From a virus: DNA of 64,000 nucleotides. Each line of letters starts with the position of its first letter. Position 1 is the first letter of the stretch. The notes beneath the pieces were generated by a model that saw nothing but the letters and a program-made list of their open reading frames with translations, was not told the DNA's origin and made no database searches. Location: the IMG/VR virus record IMGVR_UViG_3300032285_004186; one strand, written 5' to 3'. Below, one piece after another: positions 38,123 through 48,619 of this stretch. A program made the position numbers and the translations under genes.

Positions 38123-39064
38123 ATGTTAGAATTTCAAAACCATAATATACCCGGTGAACTTTGGTTAAGATCTCCAAATGGAGACAAACAACTCGCATCA
38201 ATGTTATTAAATAATATTTATGCCAAATATGAAACACTAAATCCTTCTGTTACTTCCAATTTATATGGAGTTGTATACGGCAATGATCAAGCTATATATG
38301 ATACTTTTTATGGTGAATTGACATCTAATCAAATTACAAGATTTGATTCTTTTTATGATTCAATTTTTATAGAAACAAAATCTGGATGTATTTTTGAAAA
38401 AATTTATACAGAAGATAATTTAATCAAACCGTTTACTGTTTCTGACAATTTTACAGCCAAACACAATGTTCATCCGGGATTTTTGTCTTATGATTCATAT
38501 GTTGATTACTGGTTTGATGAAAGTAATAATAGAGTGTTTTATGTTTATTTGTCTAATCTGAAGGAAAATAAAGATTTTCCAGACAGATTTGCATTTGCAG
38601 TGATTGTTAATATTTTTGATTGTAACACTGGTTTAATAAGAACTGTAATGTTATGGAAAGTAGTATTAAATTTAATAGCCAAAGATGGATGGGATCCTTT
38701 TAATTTTATTATAGAACCACCAAAACTTACATTTAATTCCACCACCAGGACTTTTAATGTTTCTTTTTTATTAAAAAACGAAAATAAACAATTTGGCTTA
38801 ATAAGTGTTAATTTTAAACAATCAGACACTCTCCAGAACGGATTGTATGAAATTAAAGAAGTAAACGGCCATCTTCCATTTTTTACCATAGATCCCTCCA
38901 GATGTGAAGCCTATCCTTTTGATCCACACGGGCTTTCTTTATATCGAGTAGTAACGGTGGCATCTAATAAAAATGATCCAGCTTACAATTTGAAATTTGT
39001 TTTATTGGATTATTGGAATGAATATGATGAAATATTTGAAGCAAAATATCTGGATATAGAATAA
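38123..39064 (+). CDS. Hypothetical virion protein
   Basis: ATG 38123 just after the upstream stop; beta-rich. Confidence 0.55.
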   Translation: MLEFQNHNIPGELWLRSPNGDKQLASMLLNNIYAKYETLNPSVTSNLYGVVYGNDQAIYDTFYGELTSNQITRFDSFYDSIFIETKSGCIFEKIYTEDNLIKPFTVSDNFTAKHNVHPGFLSYDSYVDYWFDESNNRVFYVYLSNLKENKDFPDRFAFAVIVNIFDCNTGLIRTVMLWKVVLNLIAKDGWDPFNFIIEPPKLTFNSTTRTFNVSFLLKNENKQFGLISVNFKQSDTLQNGLYEIKEVNGHLPFFTIDPSRCEAYPFDPHGLSLYRVVTVASNKNDPAYNLKFVLLDYWNEYDEIFEAKYLDIE

Positions 39065-39073
39065 ATAATAAAA

Positions 39074-42000
39074 ATGAATTCTTTATCTGCTAATGGTGAA
39101 ATAAAAATAACAGACCTCAGCCCGGCCAGAGATTTAAGGGCCAGTGATTTATTCATAGCAGCCACTCATCTTGATGGTTCTGCGGATATAACTACACAAT
39201 CTGTTTCTTCTTGTGTACTTTTAAAGTATATTTTAGCCAACGGAGCATATAATTTTGCACCAGATCTTTCTAGCATCGGCGCTCATACTTGTAATCCTTC
39301 ATTATATGGTAGTTTTGTATGTGATGTTAACTCTAAACATTTTACTATAATTCCTTCTCATCCATTACCTATATGTGAACCTTCTTTTGAAGCTCCTAAT
39401 TTAGGCACAGATTCTTATTATTCTAACATTGGCGGTGGTGTGGGAAATATTGTTTGGGGTTTAGAGACAACCATTGGTGGTGGATGTCGTAATGTGGTAA
39501 TGGATAGTAATTCTGTTATTGCTGGGGGGAAAAATAATTTTATTAATTGTTGCGGCTCCACAATTGCTGGGGGTGAAGACAATACCAGTTGTGATATCTA
39601 CACATCCATAGGTGGTGGAAATAATAACTTAATTAATCAAGTAGGTGGAACTATTGCCGGTGGAGAATACAATTATATTACTCAACCAGCAGGAGAAGAT
39701 ACAAATTATCAAGGAGCTGCTATAGTAGGAGGTTCTTGTAATGCCTTATCTGGATGTTTTGCTTTTATAGGTGGTGGATATCATAATTCGGTACAACAAA
39801 ACCACTCTTCTATAGTTGCAGGAAATTGTAATTTAATTTCTTCTTCTTTCAGCACAATTGGTGGTGGGCAAAATAATATTATATCTGGAAATTGTGGAGT
39901 TATAGGAGGAGGTTCTTTCAATCAATTAATATGTAACGGATCTATTATTGCTGGTGGAGATCATAATAGCACCGCTGGAGATTATTCAACAATTGGTGGT
40001 GGGAACTATAATTCTGTACAAAATTGCTTTTCTCAAATTGGCAATGGTGAACATAATTGCATAACCGGAGTTAAGTCTGTTATAAATTCTGGTACAGAAA
40101 ATTATATAGCAGGTGATTATGGTTTTGTAGGAAATGGTTTTTGCAATACTGCTAATTCTAATTTTAACATTATAACTAATGGAATGTATAATAATTCTGT
40201 TAGTGCTCATGCTACTATCATTAACGGTATTTGTAACAATACAATAGGAGACAAAGCCACCATTATTAACGGATGTCTTAATTCCGCAACATCAGATTAC
40301 ACTTTAATAGGTAATGGATGTAATAATGCATCCTCTGGCACAAATTCAACAGTTATTAATGGTATTTGCAACTCTTCTTCTGGTTGCAATAGCTTAATAG
40401 GTTCTGGTTGTAATAATCTAGCATCGGGATTTGAATCTCTTGTACTCAACGGAAATAATAATTCTTCTCACGGAATTAATAGTTCTATAATTAATGGATT
40501 TTCTAATTCTTTAAGTGGCAATTTAGCATCTATTATTAACGGTAGTAATAACTCTGCTATTGGCAATTGTAGTTTGATAGGCGGCGGTGCTTATAATAAT
40601 ACAAACGGGGTTTATTCTATTGTTGTTAATGGTTGCTGTAATATAGCATCTGCAAATCATGCTTCTGTAAATAATGGTTATTGTAATATTGCCAGCGGAG
40701 TCAATGCCACTGTTGTTAATGGTACATGTAATACTTCCTCCGGTAATTATAGTTTAATAATTCAAGGTTCGTGTAACTCTTCTCAAGGAATTAATTCAAC
40801 TATAATAAACGGGTATTGTAATACTGCTGTTGGAAATAATAGTTTTATAATCGCTGGCTGTTGTAACCTTGCTCTTGGTAGCAATTCTTCTGTTTTTACG
40901 GGCTGTAAAAATATATCTATATGCTCCAGCGGTTCTATAATATCTGGTTTTAGCAATACGGTATCTGCTATTCAGGCTACAATAGTTTCTGGCTCTAACA
41001 ATTTAGCCACTGGTTACAACAGCTTAATAGTTTCTGGATGTAATAATAGTACTGGTAACACTTCTTCAATTATTCTTGGTGGGTGTTTTAATACCTCTAA
41101 CGGAGCCAATAGCTTAATAACTGCAGGTTGTAGCAATGTTACACTTGGAACAAATTCCACAATTATCAACGGTGTCTGTAATGCTTCACAAAGCAATTAC
41201 AATTTGATAGCCAGTGGATGTTGTAATACAGTTACGAACAATTATTCTATTGTCCTAGGAGGGTCTAATAATTGTGTAAATGGTGCATCTAGTTCTATTA
41301 TAAACGGAACTGCTAACTTTTCTCCCGGATCCGGTAGTTTAATAGGATCTGGTAATTGTAACTCTTCTTGTGGAGCAAATTCTTCTGTTTTAAATGGAAA
41401 TTGTAATACTTCTTCTGGCAATTGCAGCACTGTAATAACTGGTTATTGTAATACTGCTTCTAATAATAATTCAGTTATTGTGGCTGGATGTTGTAATAAT
41501 ATAACAAGTGAGTATAGTATTATTAATAATGGCAAATGTAATTCTATTTCCGGCAATTATTCTGTTATAGCTGGCGGTTCAAATAATATTGCTGCTGGAG
41601 TTTGTAGTATTGTATCTGGCGGCTATGGAAATTGTGCTTTAAATCCAATTTCTTTAATAGTTGGTGGTTATTGTAATGTTTCTTCGGCAAATGGTAGTTC
41701 TATAATAGGTGGCAACTGCAATATCTCTTCTGGAACAAATTCTGCCATTATAAACGGTTGTTATAACAATGTTTCCGGAAAATGTAGTATAATCGGCAGT
41801 GGTTGTTGTAATCTAGTAACCAATGATTATTCTATTATAATTTCCGGGCGTAATAATTTTTCTTGTGGTAGCAATGATTTGATAGGAACTGGATTTTTTA
41901 ATTCTTTATCCGGTTCAAATTCTACTATAATCAACGGTGGATATAATTCAATTAATGGAAATTTTGCTTTAATAGCTGCTGGTTGCTATAATATAGCTGA

Positions 42001-45000
42001 CGGAAACTATTCTTCTATTATTAATGGTTGCAACAACATTTCTTCTGGAACAAATAGTACAGTAATCAATGGTCAAAACAACTCTATTAGTGGGTCTGAT
42101 TCTTCAATTATTAACGGTTGCTATAATTCTAGCTCCGGCAATTGTTCTTTAATAGGATCCGGAACAAACAATAATACTTCTGGCAACTTTTCAGTGATAA
42201 TAGATGGTTATTGTAACGTTTCATCCGGAAATAATAGTGTAATAGTCAATGGATGCAACAATATAGCATCTTCAGATTTTGCTAGTGTTTTTAACGGTAT
42301 TAAAAATACAGCCAACGGAGCTAGTAGTTTAGTGGCCAGTGGGTGTAATAATATTGCTTCAGGAAACAATGCTGTTATTTTTAGTGGATCCAATAATTTA
42401 GCATCCAATAATAACGGTCTTGTAATATCTGGGTTATATAATGCTTCTTCCGGTATTAACTCAACCATTATAGCCGGAGCCTTTAACAGTGCTTGCGGAA
42501 ATTATGGATTAATAGTAAATGGGTGTCAGAATGTTGCTTGTGGAGACTATTCTTTAATATTAAATGGATGTTTTAATACCTCTTCCTCTAATAATGGTAT
42601 AATAGCCGGGGGATATCTTAATACATCTTCTGGAAATTATTCCACAATATTAAATGGTAATAATAATTGTGCTTCAGGTAATCGCAGTTTAATAGCTTCC
42701 GGAACCTATAATGTTGCTAGTAATAATAATTCAGTTGTTTTTAGTGGTAATAATAATAGATCTAGTGCTTTTAACAGTACTATAATAGGTGGAGTTTGTA
42801 ATTCAGCCTCTGCTAACAACGCTTCTATTATCAATGGTAGTTGTAACAATGTATCTGCAGAATGTGGTTCTGTAATTTCTGGTAGCTGTAACAATGTATC
42901 CGGAGTTTATGGGTCTATAATTAATGGAAGATGTAATTCTATTAACTCTGATAATTCCTTTATAGCAGGTGGAACCTGTAATCAAAGCAATTTTCAACCC
43001 AATACTTTTATTTTAGGGTCTTGTATTACAGCCACTCGACCTGATTTCACTTATGTAAATAACTTAACATCTAAGAATGAAATTTATGCTGCAAATAATG
43101 TATGTAGTACAAATATTTGTGCTACACAATATATTCATTCTAGCATGGATATGTGTGCCTCAAATGTGTCTTACGGAAATATAGTATGTGGTACATCTTT
43201 TGTATGTTCACCTCAGTCTTTTTCTTCTATATGCTCTGTAACACCATTTTTAAGTGCTCAAAATGCTTGTGTATCCGATACAGTACATACTTCAATAGTT
43301 TGTTCAGATACATGCGTAGATGCTTGTTATCTTGTATCTAATAATATTCTTAGTAATCAATCTATCACTAATACCGGTATTTTAACCAATATAGGCACTC
43401 TTTCCAGTATTGGTTCTATTTGTAATTCTGGAAATATTAACAACATCGGTTCCGTTTGTAATGTTGGTATTTTGTGTAATATAGGCACTATTTGCAACTC
43501 ATCTGGTTCTATAAATAGTGATAATGACATTACAGTAAGTAGTACTGGTAGATTTTTAAGTGCTGGACACGACCTCATAGAATTATTCAATGCCTATACA
43601 GCTGGTCCAGGTTTTTATAAAACCCCAGCTGTAAATGAATTTGTGGGTGATGGTACAACTGTTATTTTCAGTTCGCCAGACTTTGCTAGCGTTAACCCAA
43701 ACAATTATATCATTTCTATTGGTGGATTGACTCAGAGACCTAATATAGATTTTACTTGCAATTATTATTATAAAGGGTCAGTTATCTTTAATGTTCCCCC
43801 TCCAGCCGGAGAAATTGTCACTATTTATTCTAATCAAAGCAGTGAAACTGGAAGAGAAATGATTGGATTTTTTAATCCGCAATATACAACAATTACTTCT
43901 TCTAATACTGCTCAATATTTATTACCCGGCTCTGTATATAATGGCGATGATGCTAACGGATACGTAGTAGCAGTTTCTGGTTTGGTTCAGAGACCGTATA
44001 CAGATTTCACGGTTACTAGTGCTTTTAACGGACAATATGGATTTGTAGGCGGTGTATTAACTCTTTCTAATACACCAGCTTCTAATATACCTATAGTGGT
44101 TTATTCCTATAAATTTACTGGATTATCTATTTATAATTCCATCATGCAGTATCTTTCTAGTACTAATTATGGGGTTCCAGTTTCATCTATAGTAGTTCCT
44201 AGTTTAACCGCCACTGTTGGTATAACCGCTCCGTGGATTAATACTCCAATTATATCATACAACACAGGCACAACTGTAAGAGGAGATTTAACTATTACAG
44301 GCGGGTTGACCACTTTAGGCGGAATTACTTTCTTAGGCTCTCAGGTTTCAAACACTACAGCTTTAAGTGTCGTGAATAACGGACCCGGAACTGCTTTATT
44401 CATTTCACAATTTAACACGGCATCTCCTATTGCATCTTTTTATGATTCTCAAGCGAATAAAGAAGTCTTGAGAATAGGTTCTACCGGAGCTATTAGAAAT
44501 GTCGGAATCTATACATCTACTCCTAATAAAACTTTAACAGTCACGGGAGATATAAGTGCCTCTGGATATTTATATGCCGGAAAAAGTCTTATTACCGGCC
44601 TAGGCACTTCTGTAGAAGACTCTGCTATTGAATTGGGAACGGATAGAACTGGTGACGGTAATGCTTATATAGACTTACACACTTCTGTAGGAACAGATTA
44701 TAATGCTCGTTTTATTAGATTATCTGGAATAAATGGTGCGGCATCTCTTACAAACATCGGCACCGGAAATCTTTCAATAACCCAGGAAGGAATTGCTCCT
44801 ATAATCTTTAATACTTCCGATACTGAAAGAATGCGCATTGGATCTGGAGGTAATATTGGTATAGGAACCTCTAATCCGAGAAGTTTTGTTGAAATATTAA
44901 GTTCTCAAAATGCCTCCACTGGATTGTTAATAAACAATCAAAGCAATCAACCTCTAGCTGAGTCTAGTTTAAACATTGGTGCTTACGGAGGAACTTGGTC

Positions 45001-47980
45001 TATTGCAAACGGATCTTCTAGTAAAAATAATAACGCTCTTACTTTTTCTAAAGACGGAATTGAATACATTCGATTTAACGCTGACGGTAAAATTGGAATA
45101 GGAACTTTATCTCCCACCACAAAATTAGATATTATAGGATCTGGAAATCTTGTTAAATTTGCTGGATCTGGTAGTCAATATCAAGGCATCAGCATACAAG
45201 CCACTGATGCAAGTGCTTTAAGTGCCAGAACTGGATTTATAGACTTTAAAAACGAAAATAATATTCAAACAGCTTCAACAATGTCTGATTTATTTGTTGA
45301 CGGAAGTAGTTCTATTTCTTTTCAAACAACTTCTGCTGGGTCTAGATTTGCAGATAGGAGAATTGAACGTTTGCGTATAGACGGAACTGGTAATATTGGA
45401 ATAGGCTCTTCAAATCCTAGAAGTAGATTAGACATAGCAGGTGGAGTTATTGCTGGAGTGGCCAATATTAGAGGTCAAGCCAATACCGGAACTTGGTCTA
45501 TATGGGGTGGCCTGGGAACAGATAATTCACAAGATGGTGGTTATGTTTCTGTATACGGAAGTTCCCATGTTACAAATCCGGGACAATTAATTTTAGGCAG
45601 CTCTTCTGTGGGAAGTGTGGTCAATATTCTTTCTAGTGGTAATGTAGGAATTTCTGTAACAAATCCTTTATATAAATTAGATGTATCTGGCAGCATTAAG
45701 AGCAGTGAAGAAATCATTGTAGCAAATACAACCTCTAGCAACCAATTACGTCTAGTTCAAGGCAATTTTGGCTCAATAATACGAAATGACGGATCTGATT
45801 TTTATTTATTAACAACAAATTTATCAGATCAATACGGAAGTGCTAATAATTTAAGACCCTTTGCATATCATCTTGCCACAGGTGATGTTGCAATGAACCA
45901 TAATGTATCTATTGGAGGAGCTTTAAATGTTGCTAATGATTTAAAAAATACCAATTCATCTTCTTCCTTAAATATGTATGTCGGTTCTGCTTTTAATAGT
46001 GGCGGAGCAGCCATAAGCTTAAAGGGAATCAATGCAGCGTATAATAGCGGTGGATTAGAATTCTATACCGGTTCGGATACAACTGGTACAGAAAAAATGA
46101 GAATTCTATCCTCTGGACAGGTTGGTATAGGATCTACTACCCCAGCGGCTCAATTGTCTATTATAGGATCTGGTCAAGCTACTAATATTTTAAGTACCAT
46201 TGGTAACTTAGGAGGTACATTAATTTTAGGAGACAGTGGAGCCAACATCTATAATGGAGGTGCTTTAGTATTCTCCGCAAATAGTCAACAATGGAGATTT
46301 GCAGCTATCAAAAGTTTGGTTACAGACGGAACCGGTAATTCGGTTGGAGATATGTCCCTTCAGACCAGACGAAATTCTTCAGATGTATCTTTAACTGAAA
46401 ACATCAGAATTGTTGGATCAACCGGTAACATTGGAATAGGAGTAGGCTCTCCGGCTAGCAAATTACACATAGACGGAACTATTACGTTAAATGCTTTACA
46501 GGGCATACACGGAGCAAATGATTCATCTAATCTTTATATAGCTGGTGGAAGACTCCAGAATAAAGGAGCCACCATTACTCTTTACGGATCTGGAGGAAAT
46601 ATTCCAGGGTCTATGGTTTTTCAAACCGGATCTGGAATTACAAATTATGAACGGATGAGAATTGATGCCAGTGGCAATGTTGGCATAAATACCACCAATC
46701 CCACCAAGACATTAACTGTAAACGGAGATGTCTTAGTACAATCTGGTACTTTAAGTGCTGGCAACATTAAACCACTCTCTACATTAACATATGACATAGG
46801 TCAAGCAGATAACAAATTTAATAATGTTTATGCTAACAACTATTACGGAACACTTAATGTTAATCAAATAGCTGGTGTATTGCCATATGCAAACGGCGGA
46901 ACTAACGGATCAACCGCCTCAGATGGTATAAAAAATCTATTAGCTGGTTTAGGGTCCGGAACTTCCGGTTATGTTTTAAAGACCGGAGGAGCTGGATCTT
47001 ATTATTGGGCTCCGGAAACTGGAGCAACTGTGCAAGTAGGTACTCTCATAAATTCTACTCGTACATCTACAACTGCAATAGCTAATCAAACCCTTTTTTC
47101 AGCTCCCACTTACACCACTGGCTCTAATCAATTGAGAGTATACGTCAACGGAGTGCGACAAACCACTAATGATTATACAGAAACTAACTCCACTTCCTTT
47201 GCCTTAAACATAGCCACAAATGCTGGAGATTATGTATTAGCTGAAGTTGATGGTTATTATACATATCCTAATGTAGCATCTGCAGTTGTTTTTGCTTCTG
47301 GAGGTAATATATCTTCAATTACAGTTCAAAATGCCATTTCTGAAATTGATACTAAAAAAATAGCTAAAACTGGAGATTCTATGTCTGGTAATTTGACCAT
47401 GTCAAATGCCTCTATAAATTTAGCAGCTGGCACCAATTCCTTTGCTCCTTTAAAATTTGTTAGCGGAGTATTACAAACATCTGCAACAGCCGGTTCTGTA
47501 GAATTTGATGGTAGTAAACTTTACATTACCACTTCAACTCCTCTCAGAATGGCTTTAGCTACTGAAAATTTTATTAATACTAATTATGCTCCTAAAAATA
47601 TTCCAATTTTTACAGGCCCTGTAACAATTTCTACAGGAGGTCTTGCAGTTTCTGGAAATATTACCGCTACTGGTGACATTATAGCAGCTTATTCTTCTGA
47701 TAAAAGATTTAAATCCAATGTATCTCCAATAACAAATAGTTTAGAAAAAATATCTAAAATTTCTGGTGTTAGTTTTGAATGGAATAATGAACAAGATGTT
47801 TATAGTGGTAAAGATATAGGTGTTATTGCTCAGGAAATTGAAGAAGTTCTACCAGAAATAGTTATTACCAGAGATAACGGTTATAAGGCAGTTAAGTATG
47901 AAAAAATTATAGCTCTATTAATTGAAGGTATTAAAGAATTAAAAAAAGAAGTTGATGATTTAAAAAAAAATAATATATGA
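39074..47980 (+). CDS. 2968-aa tail fibre: 14-aa beta-solenoid repeats, GNVGIG repeats, C-terminal S74 chaperone
   Basis: S.IING.NN.SSG repeats; ERMRI..GNIGIGT..P repeats; YSSDKRFKSNV...GVIAQE...VKYEKI..LLIE.IKEL. Confidence 0.85.
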   Translation: MNSLSANGEIKITDLSPARDLRASDLFIAATHLDGSADITTQSVSSCVLLKYILANGAYNFAPDLSSIGAHTCNPSLYGSFVCDVNSKHFTIIPSHPLPICEPSFEAPNLGTDSYYSNIGGGVGNIVWGLETTIGGGCRNVVMDSNSVIAGGKNNFINCCGSTIAGGEDNTSCDIYTSIGGGNNNLINQVGGTIAGGEYNYITQPAGEDTNYQGAAIVGGSCNALSGCFAFIGGGYHNSVQQNHSSIVAGNCNLISSSFSTIGGGQNNIISGNCGVIGGGSFNQLICNGSIIAGGDHNSTAGDYSTIGGGNYNSVQNCFSQIGNGEHNCITGVKSVINSGTENYIAGDYGFVGNGFCNTANSNFNIITNGMYNNSVSAHATIINGICNNTIGDKATIINGCLNSATSDYTLIGNGCNNASSGTNSTVINGICNSSSGCNSLIGSGCNNLASGFESLVLNGNNNSSHGINSSIINGFSNSLSGNLASIINGSNNSAIGNCSLIGGGAYNNTNGVYSIVVNGCCNIASANHASVNNGYCNIASGVNATVVNGTCNTSSGNYSLIIQGSCNSSQGINSTIINGYCNTAVGNNSFIIAGCCNLALGSNSSVFTGCKNISICSSGSIISGFSNTVSAIQATIVSGSNNLATGYNSLIVSGCNNSTGNTSSIILGGCFNTSNGANSLITAGCSNVTLGTNSTIINGVCNASQSNYNLIASGCCNTVTNNYSIVLGGSNNCVNGASSSIINGTANFSPGSGSLIGSGNCNSSCGANSSVLNGNCNTSSGNCSTVITGYCNTASNNNSVIVAGCCNNITSEYSIINNGKCNSISGNYSVIAGGSNNIAAGVCSIVSGGYGNCALNPISLIVGGYCNVSSANGSSIIGGNCNISSGTNSAIINGCYNNVSGKCSIIGSGCCNLVTNDYSIIISGRNNFSCGSNDLIGTGFFNSLSGSNSTIINGGYNSINGNFALIAAGCYNIADGNYSSIINGCNNISSGTNSTVINGQNNSISGSDSSIINGCYNSSSGNCSLIGSGTNNNTSGNFSVIIDGYCNVSSGNNSVIVNGCNNIASSDFASVFNGIKNTANGASSLVASGCNNIASGNNAVIFSGSNNLASNNNGLVISGLYNASSGINSTIIAGAFNSACGNYGLIVNGCQNVACGDYSLILNGCFNTSSSNNGIIAGGYLNTSSGNYSTILNGNNNCASGNRSLIASGTYNVASNNNSVVFSGNNNRSSAFNSTIIGGVCNSASANNASIINGSCNNVSAECGSVISGSCNNVSGVYGSIINGRCNSINSDNSFIAGGTCNQSNFQPNTFILGSCITATRPDFTYVNNLTSKNEIYAANNVCSTNICATQYIHSSMDMCASNVSYGNIVCGTSFVCSPQSFSSICSVTPFLSAQNACVSDTVHTSIVCSDTCVDACYLVSNNILSNQSITNTGILTNIGTLSSIGSICNSGNINNIGSVCNVGILCNIGTICNSSGSINSDNDITVSSTGRFLSAGHDLIELFNAYTAGPGFYKTPAVNEFVGDGTTVIFSSPDFASVNPNNYIISIGGLTQRPNIDFTCNYYYKGSVIFNVPPPAGEIVTIYSNQSSETGREMIGFFNPQYTTITSSNTAQYLLPGSVYNGDDANGYVVAVSGLVQRPYTDFTVTSAFNGQYGFVGGVLTLSNTPASNIPIVVYSYKFTGLSIYNSIMQYLSSTNYGVPVSSIVVPSLTATVGITAPWINTPIISYNTGTTVRGDLTITGGLTTLGGITFLGSQVSNTTALSVVNNGPGTALFISQFNTASPIASFYDSQANKEVLRIGSTGAIRNVGIYTSTPNKTLTVTGDISASGYLYAGKSLITGLGTSVEDSAIELGTDRTGDGNAYIDLHTSVGTDYNARFIRLSGINGAASLTNIGTGNLSITQEGIAPIIFNTSDTERMRIGSGGNIGIGTSNPRSFVEILSSQNASTGLLINNQSNQPLAESSLNIGAYGGTWSIANGSSSKNNNALTFSKDGIEYIRFNADGKIGIGTLSPTTKLDIIGSGNLVKFAGSGSQYQGISIQATDASALSARTGFIDFKNENNIQTASTMSDLFVDGSSSISFQTTSAGSRFADRRIERLRIDGTGNIGIGSSNPRSRLDIAGGVIAGVANIRGQANTGTWSIWGGLGTDNSQDGGYVSVYGSSHVTNPGQLILGSSSVGSVVNILSSGNVGISVTNPLYKLDVSGSIKSSEEIIVANTTSSNQLRLVQGNFGSIIRNDGSDFYLLTTNLSDQYGSANNLRPFAYHLATGDVAMNHNVSIGGALNVANDLKNTNSSSSLNMYVGSAFNSGGAAISLKGINAAYNSGGLEFYTGSDTTGTEKMRILSSGQVGIGSTTPAAQLSIIGSGQATNILSTIGNLGGTLILGDSGANIYNGGALVFSANSQQWRFAAIKSLVTDGTGNSVGDMSLQTRRNSSDVSLTENIRIVGSTGNIGIGVGSPASKLHIDGTITLNALQGIHGANDSSNLYIAGGRLQNKGATITLYGSGGNIPGSMVFQTGSGITNYERMRIDASGNVGINTTNPTKTLTVNGDVLVQSGTLSAGNIKPLSTLTYDIGQADNKFNNVYANNYYGTLNVNQIAGVLPYANGGTNGSTASDGIKNLLAGLGSGTSGYVLKTGGAGSYYWAPETGATVQVGTLINSTRTSTTAIANQTLFSAPTYTTGSNQLRVYVNGVRQTTNDYTETNSTSFALNIATNAGDYVLAEVDGYYTYPNVASAVVFASGGNISSITVQNAISEIDTKKIAKTGDSMSGNLTMSNASINLAAGTNSFAPLKFVSGVLQTSATAGSVEFDGSKLYITTSTPLRMALATENFINTNYAPKNIPIFTGPVTISTGGLAVSGNITATGDIIAAYSSDKRFKSNVSPITNSLEKISKISGVSFEWNNEQDVYSGKDIGVIAQEIEEVLPEIVITRDNGYKAVKYEKIIALLIEGIKELKKEVDDLKKNNI
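39410..43010 (+). repeat. Degenerate ~42-bp (14-aa) in-frame repeat, roughly 85 units
   Basis: Consensus about (S/N)SxIINGCxNxSSG; unit count estimated as length divided by period. Confidence 0.85.
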
Positions 47981-48618
47981 CAAAGGTTAAAGTATCTACT
48001 CTTGATTTAACAAATTTATCCAATTTAACAGCTGCAACCAGCGGTGCGACCTTTACCGGAAATTGGTCCACAGCACTGGGTGCAACTTTAATTTCAACTT
48101 CTTGTTCTGGTAATGCTGCTACAGCCACCAATGCTGCTACAGCTACCAATGCCGCTAATGCCGCTAATGCCGCTAATGCCACTAATGCAGTTAATTTACG
48201 TGATGCTACTAATACTTCCTATATATCTGCATCTATTACCGGAGCAGCTAATAGTATTGTTCAAACTGATGCCGGTGGAAACATAGTAGCAGCTGGAGAT
48301 ATTACAGCATTTTCAGATATTAACTTTAAAGAAAATATTTCTACAATAGAAAATGCTTTAGATAAAACCCTTCAATTAAGAGGAGTTTACTACAATCGAG
48401 CAAATGATTCAGAAAAAAAACAAAAAATTGGGGTCATAGCTCAAGAAATAGAAAAAATACTTCCAGAAGTAGTGTGCTACAATGATATTGGAGAAAGAAA
48501 TTTAATTTTATCTGTTAATTATGGCAACATTACAGCTCTTTTAATAGAAGCCATTAAAGAGCAGCAAAAACAAATAGAGATATTGAAAGAACAAATTTCA
48601 GTATTAAGTAATAGATAA
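47977..48618 (+). CDS. Short tail-fibre protein with S74 chaperone domain
   Basis: GNAATATNA repeats; [43 protein letters not shown]. Confidence 0.85.
   Translation: MTKVKVSTLDLTNLSNLTAATSGATFTGNWSTALGATLISTSCSGNAATATNAATATNAANAANAANATNAVNLRDATNTSYISASITGAANSIVQTDAGGNIVAAGDITAFSDINFKENISTIENALDKTLQLRGVYYNRANDSEKKQKIGVIAQEIEKILPEVVCYNDIGERNLILSVNYGNITALLIEAIKEQQKQIEILKEQISVLSNR
48112..48189 (+). repeat. Tandem repeats: two 18-bp units then AATGCCGCT x3 plus variants
   Basis: Read directly; in frame, encoding NAATAT and NAA. Confidence 0.9.
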
Positions 48619-48619
48619 T

